NCBI GenBank assembly: GCA_963752285.1
Contig: CAVVXN010000001.1
Location: 288,001-352,000 of the forward strand
Direction: 5' to 3'
Source: an uncultured Planctomycetota bacterium
Lineage (GTDB): Bacteria > Planctomycetota > PLA2 > JAEUHO01
DNA length: 64,000 bases
Part shown: positions 20,241 to 30,378 of the stretch, piece after piece
How the letters are laid out: each line of letters opens with the position of its first letter
How positions within the stretch are numbered: position 1 is the stretch's first letter
Translations under genes and position numbers: made by a program
The notes under the pieces: generated by a model
The model's database searches: none
What the model was told of the DNA's origin: nothing
The model's input: only the letters and a program-made list of their open reading frames with translations

Positions 20241-23081
20241 TCAACGTCCGGGGGGCGAATTCGCGGCGTGGGTCACCCGGACCTGGGCCCGCGCGGTCTG
20301 GCCGGGCCGGACCTCGACCCACACCGGGGCGGGGGTCGTGACGCCGGCGCCGGTGGCGGAGACCTGATAGCGGCCGGGCGGCACGAACCGTCGGAGGTTC
20401 GTACCGTTCGGGTCGGTCTGCATCAGCTCCTGCCACGTGTTCGGGCCGAAGCGAACGCCCTCCTTCTGGAGGGCGTTCCAGTTGGGCCACACCTGCGCAC
20501 CCGTGGAGCTCGTGACCATCACCTGCGCGCCGGCCACGGCCTGTCCGTTCTCGTCGCTCACGATCGCTAGGACCGCGCCGGGCGGACGCTCGCGGAGCTC
20601 GAGGGTCCGCTGCTCGCCCGCCTGGAGCTCGACCTGTTCCGAGAACCACACGCCGCTCGGCGGCCAGACCGAGACGGTGTACGTGCCCGAGCCGAGACCC
20701 CGGAGCACGAAGCGCCCCTCGGCGTCGGTCTGCGCCCACGCGCCGGGGAGGGCCGTGCCGCCCGCGTTGCCGCTCGCGCCGACGCGCGCGTTCTCGATCG
20801 CCTCGCCCGTCTCGTCGTTGACCACGCGGCCCTCGATCGTCGCGCCGGCGGTCAGGACGAGGCGGGCGTGGCTCGCGCGCCCGTCCACCACGGAGACGCG
20901 CACGGGCTCGACGCCGATCAGCCCCGCGGGACTCGTGACGATCAGGTCGTACTCGCCCTGCGCGAGGCCTTCGAGGCGGAAGGTCCCGTCGTCGGGGCTG
21001 AACGTGCCGTTCGACGCGTTCCCGTACGGCCGGATCATGCGCCGGTTGACGCGGCTCTGGTTCTCTTGCTGCACGCCGCGGGCCTCGACCATGAAGGTGC
21101 CGGCGTAGCCGCGGCCGTCGAGCTCGACCACCCCGTCTACCCAGCCCAGCGGGGTCATCACGACGTCGACGTCCGAGGTTCCACCCTCGACGTGCTGCTG
21201 CGGCTCGCTCCGGAAGCCCGACGCGCTCGCGGTGATCCGGTACTCGGTCCGGCTCACGCCGTAGAGGACGAAGCGACCGTCGCTCTGCGAGCGCGCCTGG
21301 ATCCAACCGATGCCGTAGTAGATGCGCTCGCCGCGCTGCTCGGGCTGCGCCGACACGTACGCGCCCGCGACGGGGCTCCCCTTCGCGTCGTGCACGTGGC
21401 CTTCGATCCGAAGGCCCTCGCCGAGGACCAGGTGGCGCGTGGCCGGCTGCCCGAGGGTCATGCGGACCGGCTCCGGGTCCGTGACGCTGTCGAGCCCGGA
21501 CGTGACCGTGAGGCGGTAGACCGAGACCGGCACGTCGGCGATCGTGAAGGCGCCCGCGTCGTCCGTGACGGTGTCCAGCCGCACGTGCTCCGGGTTCTGG
21601 AGCGCCTGGAGCATGCCCCAGTCCATCCGACCGTTGCCCTCCTTCTGGACCGTGGCCCAGTCCACCTGGAGGGCGACGAGCGCGCCCGACACGGGGGCGC
21701 CCGCCCCGTCCGTTACCGTCCCGGAGAGCGCGGCGTTGCCGCTCAGCGTGATCGTCAGGTCGGGCGCGGCCTGGCCGGCCGGCGGGACCCGGGCCCAGCC
21801 CACGCCCACGCCGCGCCCCGGCGCCGTCGCCACGATCTGCGCGGAGTTGCCCTGGCCGCGCACGGTCGGCGAGGCGGGCAGCTCGAACGTGCCGTCGCTC
21901 TGCGTCGTCGTCGCGATCTTCGTCTCGCCCGGTTGCTGCCACGAGTACGTGACCTCGGCGCCCGGAACGGACTGGCCGTCCACGTCCACCACGCGGCCCT
22001 TGAAGCTCACCTTGTCGGTGGGGATCTGGACGTCCACCGTCATCCGGCCGCCACCGACGTCCTGGACCTGGATGTACTTCGTCACCCCGGGACCGGTGGG
22101 GCCCGTGGCCTCGAGCATCGCCTGCTGCCCCTGACCCACGTACGACTTGATCTCGAAGTGGCCGCGTTCGTCGGACGTGACGGGGCCCGTGGGCTCGATC
22201 CAGTACTGGTTCGGGTAGCGCAGGCGGATCGACGCGCCGACGACGGGCAGGTTCCCACCCTCGTCGAGGGTCCGGCCTTCGATGACGACCGGCTCGGAGA
22301 GGACCACGGTGCGCGTCGTGGTCTGGCCCGGCGAGACGGCCACGTCGCCCTGCTGGAGGGAGGCGTACCCGGCGCTCGTGACCACGAGGCTGCCCGTGCC
22401 GGTCGGCAGCGACGCGAACGTCGCCTTCCCGTCCCGGTCGGTCTTGCCCTCGGTCACGACGCTCCCGGCCTGGTGGAGCACGACGGCGTCCGCGACGAGC
22501 GCGCCCTCCTTGCCCTTCACGATCACCACGAGCCCGCCGCCGCGGTCGAGGACGAGATCGACGCGGTAGCCGCGACGCTTCACGTCCACGAGCGTCGGGG
22601 CGTACCCCGCCGCCTCCGCGCGGACGCGAAGGCGCGACTCGGGGGCCGGCCCCACCAGGTACTCGCCGTTCCCGTCGGTCGTCGCCGTGGCGATCGGCGG
22701 GGGATCCCTCTCGAGCGAGCCGGGCCACCACGCCCGACGGCCCGACGCGTCGATCAGCTTCACGCTCGCGCCGGAGACGGGGTTCCCGCCGCCGTCCGTG
22801 ACGCGGCCGAAGACACCCTCCTCGCGCGGAAACTTGGGCTGGGCCTCCTCGGCCGCGCGGGCCGCGGCGATCTCCTCGGCCGTGGGCGCCGCGCGGGCGC
22901 CCGGCGCCGAGGCGAGCGAGGCCGCGCCCGGCGCCGTGGAGACGGCGTCGCCCGCCGCGTACGCGTCCGGGCGGTCGAGAACCGATCCCCCGTGGCCGAG
23001 CGCGCCGCTGGTCATCAGCCACGCGACGCCCCCCACCGCCGCCAGACACACGAGCGCGAGGGCCCAGGTGGTTCGCGACAT
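20241..23081 (-). CDS. Membrane-anchored protein with multiple carboxypeptidase-regulatory-like (beta-sandwich) repeats
   Basis: N-terminal TM; recurring GRVxDxxGxPVxGAxV...TDxxGxF units. Confidence 0.85.
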   Translation of the reverse strand: MSRTTWALALVCLAAVGGVAWLMTSGALGHGGSVLDRPDAYAAGDAVSTAPGAASLASAPGARAAPTAEEIAAARAAEEAQPKFPREEGVFGRVTDGGGNPVSGASVKLIDASGRRAWWPGSLERDPPPIATATTDGNGEYLVGPAPESRLRVRAEAAGYAPTLVDVKRRGYRVDLVLDRGGGLVVIVKGKEGALVADAVVLHQAGSVVTEGKTDRDGKATFASLPTGTGSLVVTSAGYASLQQGDVAVSPGQTTTRTVVLSEPVVIEGRTLDEGGNLPVVGASIRLRYPNQYWIEPTGPVTSDERGHFEIKSYVGQGQQAMLEATGPTGPGVTKYIQVQDVGGGRMTVDVQIPTDKVSFKGRVVDVDGQSVPGAEVTYSWQQPGETKIATTTQSDGTFELPASPTVRGQGNSAQIVATAPGRGVGVGWARVPPAGQAAPDLTITLSGNAALSGTVTDGAGAPVSGALVALQVDWATVQKEGNGRMDWGMLQALQNPEHVRLDTVTDDAGAFTIADVPVSVYRLTVTSGLDSVTDPEPVRMTLGQPATRHLVLGEGLRIEGHVHDAKGSPVAGAYVSAQPEQRGERIYYGIGWIQARSQSDGRFVLYGVSRTEYRITASASGFRSEPQQHVEGGTSDVDVVMTPLGWVDGVVELDGRGYAGTFMVEARGVQQENQSRVNRRMIRPYGNASNGTFSPDDGTFRLEGLAQGEYDLIVTSPAGLIGVEPVRVSVVDGRASHARLVLTAGATIEGRVVNDETGEAIENARVGASGNAGGTALPGAWAQTDAEGRFVLRGLGSGTYTVSVWPPSGVWFSEQVELQAGEQRTLELRERPPGAVLAIVSDENGQAVAGAQVMVTSSTGAQVWPNWNALQKEGVRFGPNTWQELMQTDPNGTNLRRFVPPGRYQVSATGAGVTTPAPVWVEVRPGQTARAQVRVTHAANSPPGR

Positions 23082-23098
23082 CCCGTCACCCCCCTTGG

Positions 23099-23833
23099 TC
23101 AAGGCAGCCAGCTTCCCTCCAGCGGGACGTTCTCCGCCACGCGTCGGGTCCCACCCCCCGGCAACGTCAGCTCGAGCTCGAGCGTCAGCATTGCGCGGAA
23201 GAGGCCCGCGGCGGGGTCCTTCGCGAAGTCGAGGGTCAGGATCGCGTCCTCCCCGCCGCCCTCCGCCGGGCGGACCTCGACCCGCCACGGCTTCTCCGGA
23301 CGGACCGTGGCGCGGGCCACGTGCACCTGGCACCCGGCTCCGGGCCGCACGCTCACCTTCCACGACCTGGCCTTCGCCGCGTCGTCCACGCGACCGATGC
23401 GGATGCTCTCGGGCGTCACCGAGTGCGTCAGGAACGGGTCGGCCTCGAGGTGGATCAGCACGTTCGACGACCCCGCGTCGTCGCTCATGACGGTCAGGAC
23501 CTTTCCGCGGAGGCGCTCCGGCGAGATCCGGCCCGAGTGGAACGTGACGGGGACCGCGCGACGCTCGCCCGGCTCGATCGTGCGGAGGAACGTGCCCACG
23601 CTGAAGCACGCGCAGTTCGGCGTGACCGCGGACACGAACACCGTGCGACGCCCGTGGTTCTCGAGCACGAGGTTCATCGTCGGCTCGTCCTTGTACGGCA
23701 CCGCGCCGAAGTCGAGCGTCGCGGGCGTCGCGACGAGACCGTCCTCCTGGCCGCAGCCGGAGAGGAGGAAGGCGGACGAGACGAAGGCGAGCACGAGGAG
23801 CGAGGCGGAGCACGGCGGGCGCATGCGACCCAT
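23099..23833 (-). CDS. DUF1573-like Ig-fold lipoprotein
   Basis: LLSG-C lipobox; LDFGAV, LENHG, VTPNCAC, IEPGE. Confidence 0.7.
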   Translation of the reverse strand: MGRMRPPCSASLLVLAFVSSAFLLSGCGQEDGLVATPATLDFGAVPYKDEPTMNLVLENHGRRTVFVSAVTPNCACFSVGTFLRTIEPGERRAVPVTFHSGRISPERLRGKVLTVMSDDAGSSNVLIHLEADPFLTHSVTPESIRIGRVDDAAKARSWKVSVRPGAGCQVHVARATVRPEKPWRVEVRPAEGGGEDAILTLDFAKDPAAGLFRAMLTLELELTLPGGGTRRVAENVPLEGSWLP

Positions 23834-23918
23834 ACCTTATCTCCCCCTCGATCCGCCGCGGCCCGGTGCCCCCTTGGACGCGCGCGTCGTGCGCGGGGTT
23901 CCCCCGGGTCGGGCGCCC

Positions 23919-24425
23919 TCAGCGCATGCCGGGCGGCGTCGGCAGCGGCCCGCTCGGGGGGAGCGCGACGGCGGGGGCGCGTTCCACGACCGGGACGGCC
24001 ACGCCGGCCGAGGCGTCCGGTCGGGGACCGGCCGAGGGGGCGACGGGCGCCGCCGCGGCGCGAGATCCGTCCGGCGACGCGAGGGGTGCCGCGGGCGGTG
24101 GGACCGCGCTCTCGGGCGGGTGCGGCGCGGTCTCGACCACGAGCGCGCCGGCGACGCCGCTCGTGAGGTACCGGGACCCCGCATCCGAGGTCACGCCCTT
24201 CGAGCGGGGCGGGGCCTCGCGCGACGGGGTCCGCGGCGTCGTTCCGCCGGTCGTCGTGGCGCCCGTCGTCGTGGCGCCCGTCGTCGTGGCGCCCGTCGTC
24301 GTGGCGACGGTCCCCGTGGGCACCGGAGTGGGCTCGGCCGTGGCGCAGCCGGCCACACCGCACGCGAGTGCGAACAGGATCCCGGCGCTGTGGATGGTAC
24401 GCCGTTCCATCCGTCGGCCGACCAT
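23919..24425 (-). CDS. Small Pro/Thr/Ala-rich putative lipoprotein
   Basis: ILFALACGVAG-C lipobox followed by low-complexity sequence. Confidence 0.55.
   Translation of the reverse strand: MVGRRMERRTIHSAGILFALACGVAGCATAEPTPVPTGTVATTTGATTTGATTTGATTTGGTTPRTPSREAPPRSKGVTSDAGSRYLTSGVAGALVVETAPHPPESAVPPPAAPLASPDGSRAAAAPVAPSAGPRPDASAGVAVPVVERAPAVALPPSGPLPTPPGMR
24250..24306. repeat. 15-bp tandem repeat GTCGTCGTGGCGCCC, about 3.8 copies (encodes GATTT on the minus strand)
   Basis: Three perfect copies at 24250, 24265 and 24280 plus a 12-bp partial copy. Confidence 0.9.
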
Positions 24426-24499
24426 GGCGCCTTCTCCCCCGGGGCTCACCCCCGGCACTGCTCTAGGGTAACCCGGCTCGAGCCGGGGGAGGCCGCTGG

Positions 24500-25267
24500 A
24501 TGATCCGGGTGAACGTCGACTTCACGGGCGCGAAGGCGCTCGTCACGGGAGGGAGCCGTGGCATCGGCCGCGCCATCGCGCTCCGTCTCGCGGAGGCGGG
24601 CTGCGACGTCGCGGTCAACTACCTGAGGAACCGCAAGCCGGCGGAGGAGACCGGCGAGCGCGTGAAGGCCCTCGGCCGGCAGGTGCTGCTCCTCAAGGGC
24701 AACGTCGCGGACGTGGACTCCCACGAGGCCCTCTTCGGACGGATCGCCGACGCGTTCGGCCGGATCGACATCCTGGTGAGCAACGCGGCCTCCGGTGTCA
24801 TCAAGCCGGCGGTGGACCTCACGTATCGCCACTGGCAGTGGACGATGGACATCAACGCCGCCGCACTGCTCTCGCTGACGCAGCAGGCGGTCCCCCTGAT
24901 GGGGGAGGCGGGCGGGTCGATCATCGCGGTGTCGAGCCTCGGCGCGGTCCGCGCAATCCCGAACTACGCCGCGGTCGGCGCCAGCAAGGCCGCGCTCGAG
25001 AGCCTCGTCCGCCACCTCGCGGTCGAGCTGGCCCCCCAGCGCATCCGGGTGAACGCCGTGTCCGCCGGGGTCGTGAACACCGAGGCCCTGTCGCACTTCC
25101 CCAATCGCGAGGAGCTCCTGTCCGAGAGCGCGCGCCGCACGCCGGCCGGACGGCTCGTCGCCCCCGAGGACGTCGCGGACACCGTGCTCTACCTGGCCAG
25201 CCCGCTCGCGTCGATGGTCGTCGGGCAGACGCTCGTCGTGGACGGGGGGTACTCGGTCGTCGCCTGA
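24500..25267 (+). CDS. SDR oxidoreductase, FabL-like enoyl-ACP reductase
   Basis: TGGSRGIG, NAASGV, YAAVGASKAALE (Yx6K), ALSHFPNREE. Confidence 0.85.
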   Translation: MIRVNVDFTGAKALVTGGSRGIGRAIALRLAEAGCDVAVNYLRNRKPAEETGERVKALGRQVLLLKGNVADVDSHEALFGRIADAFGRIDILVSNAASGVIKPAVDLTYRHWQWTMDINAAALLSLTQQAVPLMGEAGGSIIAVSSLGAVRAIPNYAAVGASKAALESLVRHLAVELAPQRIRVNAVSAGVVNTEALSHFPNREELLSESARRTPAGRLVAPEDVADTVLYLASPLASMVVGQTLVVDGGYSVVA

Positions 25268-25284
25268 CGGCCGCGAGGCGAACC

Positions 25285-26373
25285 GTGAAGATCCTCCTCC
25301 TCGGACGGGACTGCGAAAACAGCCGCGAGATCGAGCGGGCGCTCACGGCGGCCGGTCACGAGGTGGACCGCGCGGGGCCCCACGGGACGGCGCCACCCGG
25401 CGCCGAGTACGACCTCGCGCTCGAGGCGCTCGACCCGCCGGGGCTCCTGGCGCGGATCGAGCGGGTCGGGTTCGCCGAGGCGTTCCTGGCGATGAGCGCG
25501 GCGGCACTCGTCCTGGACCCGGAGGGCCGGGTCCGCCGCGCCAACCGCGCCGCGCAGTCGCTGCTCGGCCGCCGGGAGCCGGACCTCGCCGGCCAGGAGG
25601 TCCGGACGTTCCTCCGGGCCGTGGAGTCGGCGGGCCCGCCCGAGGGGCTGGACCGCGCGCTGGCCACCGGTGGCCGGTGGGCCGCCGAGGTCCACGTGCT
25701 GCATCCCGACGGCGCGGAGCTGCCGGCGCTCGCGGCCCTCGCCGCCATCGACGGCGCGAGCGCACCGGGCGCGTACGTCCTGACGCTCCGGGACCTCTCC
25801 GACCGCGTGGCCATGGAGGAGGAGCTCCGCCGGCAGTACGTGCGCCTCGCGGAGCAGGCCGCGCTCGACCCGCTGACGAAGATCTACCACCGCGGGTACT
25901 TCCACGACGCCCTGCAGCGCGAGATCGCGCGGAGCCAGCGGTACGAGACGCCGCTCTCGCTCCTGGTCGTGGACGTGGACGGCTTCAAGCGCGTGAACGA
26001 GGACTACCTCCACCCGACCGGCGACCGGGTGCTCGTCGAGATCGTCCAGTGCATGCGCGAGAACGTCCGCGAGGGGGACGTCGTCGCGCGCCTCGGTGGG
26101 GACGAGTTCGGTCTGCTCATGCCGAACACCGAGATGCCCGCGGCGTGCGCGGCGGCGGAGCGCCTGCTCGTGGCCGCCCGGGAGCGGCGGTTCGGCGGCG
26201 ACGCGAGGCTCCGGCTCACCCTGAGCGGCGGCGTGGCGACCACGCCCGACCTGCCGGGACGCCCCCTGGAGGCCGCGGAGCTGCTCGAGATCGCGGATCG
26301 GCTCCTCTTCGAGTCGAAGCATCGCGGGGGCGACCGCGTGACGAGGCCCTCCGACGTGGACCCCGACGCGTAG
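25285..26373 (+). CDS. PAS-GGDEF diguanylate cyclase
   Basis: DPLT, DVDGFKRVN, GD, RxxD I-site (REGD) and RLGGDEF; PAS upstream; short receiver-like N-terminus. Confidence 0.92.
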   Translation: MKILLLGRDCENSREIERALTAAGHEVDRAGPHGTAPPGAEYDLALEALDPPGLLARIERVGFAEAFLAMSAAALVLDPEGRVRRANRAAQSLLGRREPDLAGQEVRTFLRAVESAGPPEGLDRALATGGRWAAEVHVLHPDGAELPALAALAAIDGASAPGAYVLTLRDLSDRVAMEEELRRQYVRLAEQAALDPLTKIYHRGYFHDALQREIARSQRYETPLSLLVVDVDGFKRVNEDYLHPTGDRVLVEIVQCMRENVREGDVVARLGGDEFGLLMPNTEMPAACAAAERLLVAARERRFGGDARLRLTLSGGVATTPDLPGRPLEAAELLEIADRLLFESKHRGGDRVTRPSDVDPDA

Positions 26374-26409
26374 CGCGCTCGTGCCGGGGGGCGGGCACGG
26401 CCGCGCCCG

Positions 26410-27831
26410 TCACGGGCCGTACATGTAGAGGCGGAACCACGGGCTCCAGGGCCCCTGGGCCCCCGCGGAGTCGAGCGCGCGGACGCGCCAGCGGTAGCGC
26501 GCGGACTCCATCCGCGCGGGCCGGTACCGGGTGTCGTTCACGACCTCGCGCGCGACCTCGCCGTACGCGCCGTCCGCGCCCTCGGCCTCGAGCGCCCACT
26601 CGTAGCGCGACGCGCCCTCGACGGCGGCCCACTGGAACGTGGACCCGTACGCGCGGGGGAAGCTCTGTCCCTCGGAGGGCGAGACGAGGGTCGGCGCGAC
26701 CAGGACATGCGGCGGGGGGACCGGAGGCGGTGTCGTCGCGGGGGGCGTGGCCGGCAGTGAACCGGGCGCGCCGGGAGGCGGGAGCGGCTCCGGCGTGGTC
26801 TCGGGAAGGGGGCCGGCGGGAGCGGCGCCCGGCGCCAGACCCCCCTTCCCCACGAAGAGCCAGACGTCGGTGCCCCGGACTGCGAGCGAGCCTCCGAGCG
26901 GGCGCTGCGCGAGGACCTTCCGACTCTGGTCCCTCGTCGACGGCACCACGAGGAGTCGGGGCGCGTACCCGCGCGTCCTCGCCCGGTCCACCGCGTCCTC
27001 CACGCCGTGGCCGACGAGGGCCGGGACGGCGTCCTCGTTCGGGGCCGCGTCCTTCACGGCCACGACGAGCGTCACGACCTCGCCCTTGGCGAGCGGGGTC
27101 CCGGGGTACGGCATCTGGTTCACGACCCGCCCGACGAGGTCGGGGATCCCGACCGTGTGCTCGGTCTGGACCTTCCAGCCGTCGAGCGTGTCGTGGGCCG
27201 CGGCCTCCTCGATGCCGAGCGCGGAGGGGAGCGGGGGCCCGGAGCGGTCGAGCATCCGCCCCTCCTCGACCCCAGAGAGGTCGATCGCCGGGCCCGCCGG
27301 GCCCGCGGGGCCCCGGCCGGGCGCGCCGACCGCCGGCCCCGTCGGGGCGGCGCCCGGCCCGGGCCCGGGGGGGGCGGCCGGCGGGGTCTCGCCGCCGGGC
27401 CCGCCCGGCACGGTCGGGAGGGGGCCGGTCGGCGGCAGCACGTCGGCGCCCGACGGCTCGGGCCCCGGGCCGGGCACGTCGCCCGCGGGCGCGGGCGGGG
27501 GCGCCGGCGGGGTCTCGGTCGGTGCGCGTGGGACGGGGGGCGTCACGCCGGCGGGGGCCGCCGGGGCGGTCCCGCCCACCACGAGGGTCACCTGGTGACC
27601 GGCCGCCGCGGCGAACCCGGCGGGCGTCTGGCCGGAGACGACCTCCGCCTCGCCCGTCCCGGTCCACTCGACCCGAACCGTGTACCCCGCGCTTTCGAAG
27701 AGCGTCCGGGCCGAGGCGACGGGGAGGCCGACGGCGTCGGGGACGAGGTCTTCTGCCCGAGCGGTCCCTGCGGCCGCGAACGCCGCGAGGAACGCGAGGA
27801 AGAGGAGCAGGGGTCGTACGAAGCGCGCCAT
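26410..27831 (-). CDS. Secreted PASTA-domain protein with Pro-rich linkers and a C-terminal FN3-like domain
   Basis: Signal peptide; three VPxxxG...VxxQxPxxG...VTLVV repeats; C-terminal YRWRVRALDSAGAQGPWS. Confidence 0.8.
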   Translation of the reverse strand: MARFVRPLLLFLAFLAAFAAAGTARAEDLVPDAVGLPVASARTLFESAGYTVRVEWTGTGEAEVVSGQTPAGFAAAAGHQVTLVVGGTAPAAPAGVTPPVPRAPTETPPAPPPAPAGDVPGPGPEPSGADVLPPTGPLPTVPGGPGGETPPAAPPGPGPGAAPTGPAVGAPGRGPAGPAGPAIDLSGVEEGRMLDRSGPPLPSALGIEEAAAHDTLDGWKVQTEHTVGIPDLVGRVVNQMPYPGTPLAKGEVVTLVVAVKDAAPNEDAVPALVGHGVEDAVDRARTRGYAPRLLVVPSTRDQSRKVLAQRPLGGSLAVRGTDVWLFVGKGGLAPGAAPAGPLPETTPEPLPPPGAPGSLPATPPATTPPPVPPPHVLVAPTLVSPSEGQSFPRAYGSTFQWAAVEGASRYEWALEAEGADGAYGEVAREVVNDTRYRPARMESARYRWRVRALDSAGAQGPWSPWFRLYMYGP

Positions 27832-27885
27832 GGGGTCCTCCGGGGCGAGGGTCCACGCGGGCACCCCAGCGTAGCGCCGCGCGGA

Positions 27886-28425
27886 TCAGGCCTCCAAGGA
27901 CTCCGGTCCGTGAAAGCCCGTGCCGACCAGGACGAGGCAGCGGTCCGGGCTGTACGGGTCCCGCGCGCCGGTCGCCGCCGCCCTCTCGACGCAGCGGGCG
28001 CACCACCGGTCGTGCGCGATCCGGCGCCGCCGGACGAGGATCGCGCCGCAGATGGGGCACCGGTAGCGGAACACCCGTCCGGGCATCGCCCGGCCGTGGA
28101 GCCGCCCGCCGGCGGCGCGGCAGGCGGCGCGGAACATCGGGCCGTGTCCGAAGGGCAGGTCGAGCAGCGCGAGGCCCACGTGCACCGCCTCGTGCACGAG
28201 GATCCCGTACAGGTCGTCCGGGTACACCTCGAAGTACGCCGGCGAGAGCTCGATCGTCGCGCGCCGGAACCTCGGGCCGACCCCTTCGATGATCGCGCGA
28301 CCGGCACGCCGCAGCCGCCGGTTCCACAGGACCGGCAAGGGCGGCCACGACACGTGGACGAGCGCGCGGCCGACGGCCGCGAGCGCACGGTCCCGTGCGC
28401 TGTCTACGACGCGGGGAGGGATCAC
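27886..28425 (-). CDS. SprT-like zinc metalloprotease
   Basis: WNRRLRRAG, IELS, HEAVH, HGPMF, CPIC...CARC zinc ribbon. Confidence 0.85.
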   Translation of the reverse strand: MIPPRVVDSARDRALAAVGRALVHVSWPPLPVLWNRRLRRAGRAIIEGVGPRFRRATIELSPAYFEVYPDDLYGILVHEAVHVGLALLDLPFGHGPMFRAACRAAGGRLHGRAMPGRVFRYRCPICGAILVRRRRIAHDRWCARCVERAAATGARDPYSPDRCLVLVGTGFHGPESLEA

Positions 28426-28481
28426 GGTCGAAGGAAGCCTACGCCAGGGGACGGACGTCGAGCGGCGGGTACACTCGCTCC

Positions 28482-28997
28482 GTGCGCGCGCGTTCGTGGG
28501 TCATCTGGACCGGTCTCGCCCTGATGTCGATCTCCCTCGGCTGCGCCCGCGAGGCCCGCTTGGACCGGTCGGCCTGGCAGCCGGTCTTCTACGCCGCGAT
28601 GCGCGCGTTTCACGAGCACGACATCGACCAGCTGTGGCCCCTGCTCGACGAGAAGGGCCGCGAGATGGTCGAGCGGGACCTCCGCTCGTGGCAGAGCCGC
28701 CTCCTCGACCCCAAGGAAGGGCCCGGCATCCGGGACCGCATCCGGCGGCGGCGGCCCGACGTCACCGACGAGACGGTCGAGCTCGCGGCGCGCGGGACCC
28801 TCCGGGACGTCTTCTCGCTCCTCTTCGAAGTGGACCCGCGGCCGGAGCGTCCCCCGACGCACGGCGTCCAGCTCGCGCCCGACGGGAAGAGCGTGACCGT
28901 GCTCTTCGAGTGCCCGTCCGGCGCCGAGACGAAGATCGTCCCGGCCCTGCTGGTCCAGACCGGCGCGGGCTGGTTCCTCGACCGCATCCAACTCTGA
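28482..28997 (+). CDS. Hypothetical lipoprotein
   Basis: SLG-C lipobox; coding-like composition; TACACT 6 nt before the GTG. Confidence 0.65.
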   Translation: MRARSWVIWTGLALMSISLGCAREARLDRSAWQPVFYAAMRAFHEHDIDQLWPLLDEKGREMVERDLRSWQSRLLDPKEGPGIRDRIRRRRPDVTDETVELAARGTLRDVFSLLFEVDPRPERPPTHGVQLAPDGKSVTVLFECPSGAETKIVPALLVQTGAGWFLDRIQL

Positions 28998-29103
28998 TGT
29001 GGCCGCGGCGCTCGCGCCGCCGGTGTCCGGCGGAGGCGGGCGTACCAGGTCTCCTCCGTCGGCCCTTGTCGCGGCGTCCGCGCCCGGACAGACTTGGAGC
29101 GCC

Positions 29104-29445
29104 GTGAACGAGCACGACGTCCCCGTCCTCCAGCCGCCGAGCGACCTCTCGGCCGCCACCCTGCCCCTCTTCGAGCGCGTGACCGACGCGTACCCGGTCG
29201 TGGCGGGCGCGGGCCTCGTCCTGGACCTCACGCGACTTCGCACGATCACGAGCGCGGGGCTGAGCCACCTCGTTCGGCTCGGACGGCGGCTCGACGAGCA
29301 GGGCGGCACGCTCGTCCTCGCGGGCGGGAGCAAGCCGGTGCTGAAGCTGCTCCGCACGGTCGGGCTCGACACGGTCTTCCCCCACTTCAAGAGCGTCCAC
29401 GAGGCCACGGCCTTCGTGCGCGGGCGCGGGACGATGACGCCCTGA
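29104..29445 (+). CDS. STAS domain anti-sigma factor antagonist
   Basis: LVLDLTRLRTITSAGLSHLV...LLRTVGLDTVF. Confidence 0.85.
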   Translation: MNEHDVPVLQPPSDLSAATLPLFERVTDAYPVVAGAGLVLDLTRLRTITSAGLSHLVRLGRRLDEQGGTLVLAGGSKPVLKLLRTVGLDTVFPHFKSVHEATAFVRGRGTMTP

Positions 29446-29461
29446 CCGGGGCGTCGAGGGG

Positions 29462-29839
29462 ATGACCGCGCGAGACACCATCTTCCTCGACGGCCTCGAG
29501 GCCCGGGGTGTGATCGGGGTAGACGCCTGGGAGCGAAGGACGCCCCAGACGATCCGCGTAGACCTCGAGCTGTCCTGCGACGCGTCCGCCGCGGCCGAGC
29601 AGGACGACATCCACCGCACGGTGAACTACCGCGCGGTCGCGAAGTCGGTTCTGTCGCTCGTCGAGACGAGCGGGTGTCGGCTCGTCGAGACCCTGGCCGT
29701 GCGGCTCGCCGAGATGATCCAGAAGGACCACGGCGTCGCTTGGGTCCGCGTGCGCGTGAGCAAGCCGGGCGCCGTGCGCTTCAGCCAGAACGTCGGGGTC
29801 GAGGTGGTGCGCGGCGCGCGGGAGGGCCACGCGTCGTGA
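29462..29839 (+). CDS. folB: Dihydroneopterin aldolase
   Basis: IGVDAWER, TVNY, LVETLA, KPGA. Confidence 0.93.
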   Translation: MTARDTIFLDGLEARGVIGVDAWERRTPQTIRVDLELSCDASAAAEQDDIHRTVNYRAVAKSVLSLVETSGCRLVETLAVRLAEMIQKDHGVAWVRVRVSKPGAVRFSQNVGVEVVRGAREGHAS

Positions 29840-30378
29840 CCTCGCGTTCCCACGAGGCCCTCCTGGTCGTGGGCTCGAACATCGGACCCGAGGTGCACGT
29901 GCCGGCCGCCGTGGACGCCCTCGCCCGCCGCTACGAGACCCTGGCCGTCTCGTCGTGCTACCGCAGCCCGTCGTTCGGCGGGTCGGACGCGGCGCCGCCG
30001 TTCGTGAACCTCGCCGCGCACGTGCGGACCGACTGTCCCCCGCGCGCGCTCCGCGAGGGGTGCCGGCGCATCGAGGAGGCCCTGGGCCGCCGCCGCACGG
30101 CCGACCGCTTCGCCCCCCGCACGGTGGACGTGGACGTGGTGCTCTTCGACCGCCTCGTCGCCGACCTCGGGGGCTTTGCGCTGCCGGACCCGCTCCTCGT
30201 GGAGCGCGCGTTCATGCTCCGGCCCGCCGCGGAGGCCTGGCCCGATGGGATCGAGCCCCGTTCGGGACGGTCCCTCGCGGCCCTCGCCGCCGCGCTCGGC
30301 CCCGGCGAGGTCGCGGCGCTCGAGCGCCTCGAGGGCGAACCCTGGTCGCGCGTGGTGGAGCGGGCGGCCCCGGCATGA
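29836..30378 (+). CDS. folK: 2-amino-4-hydroxy-6-hydroxymethyldihydropteridine diphosphokinase
   Basis: GSNIG, FVN, IEEALGR, PRTVDVDVV; GTGA overlap with folB. Confidence 0.92.
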   Translation: MTSRSHEALLVVGSNIGPEVHVPAAVDALARRYETLAVSSCYRSPSFGGSDAAPPFVNLAAHVRTDCPPRALREGCRRIEEALGRRRTADRFAPRTVDVDVVLFDRLVADLGGFALPDPLLVERAFMLRPAAEAWPDGIEPRSGRSLAALAAALGPGEVAALERLEGEPWSRVVERAAPA

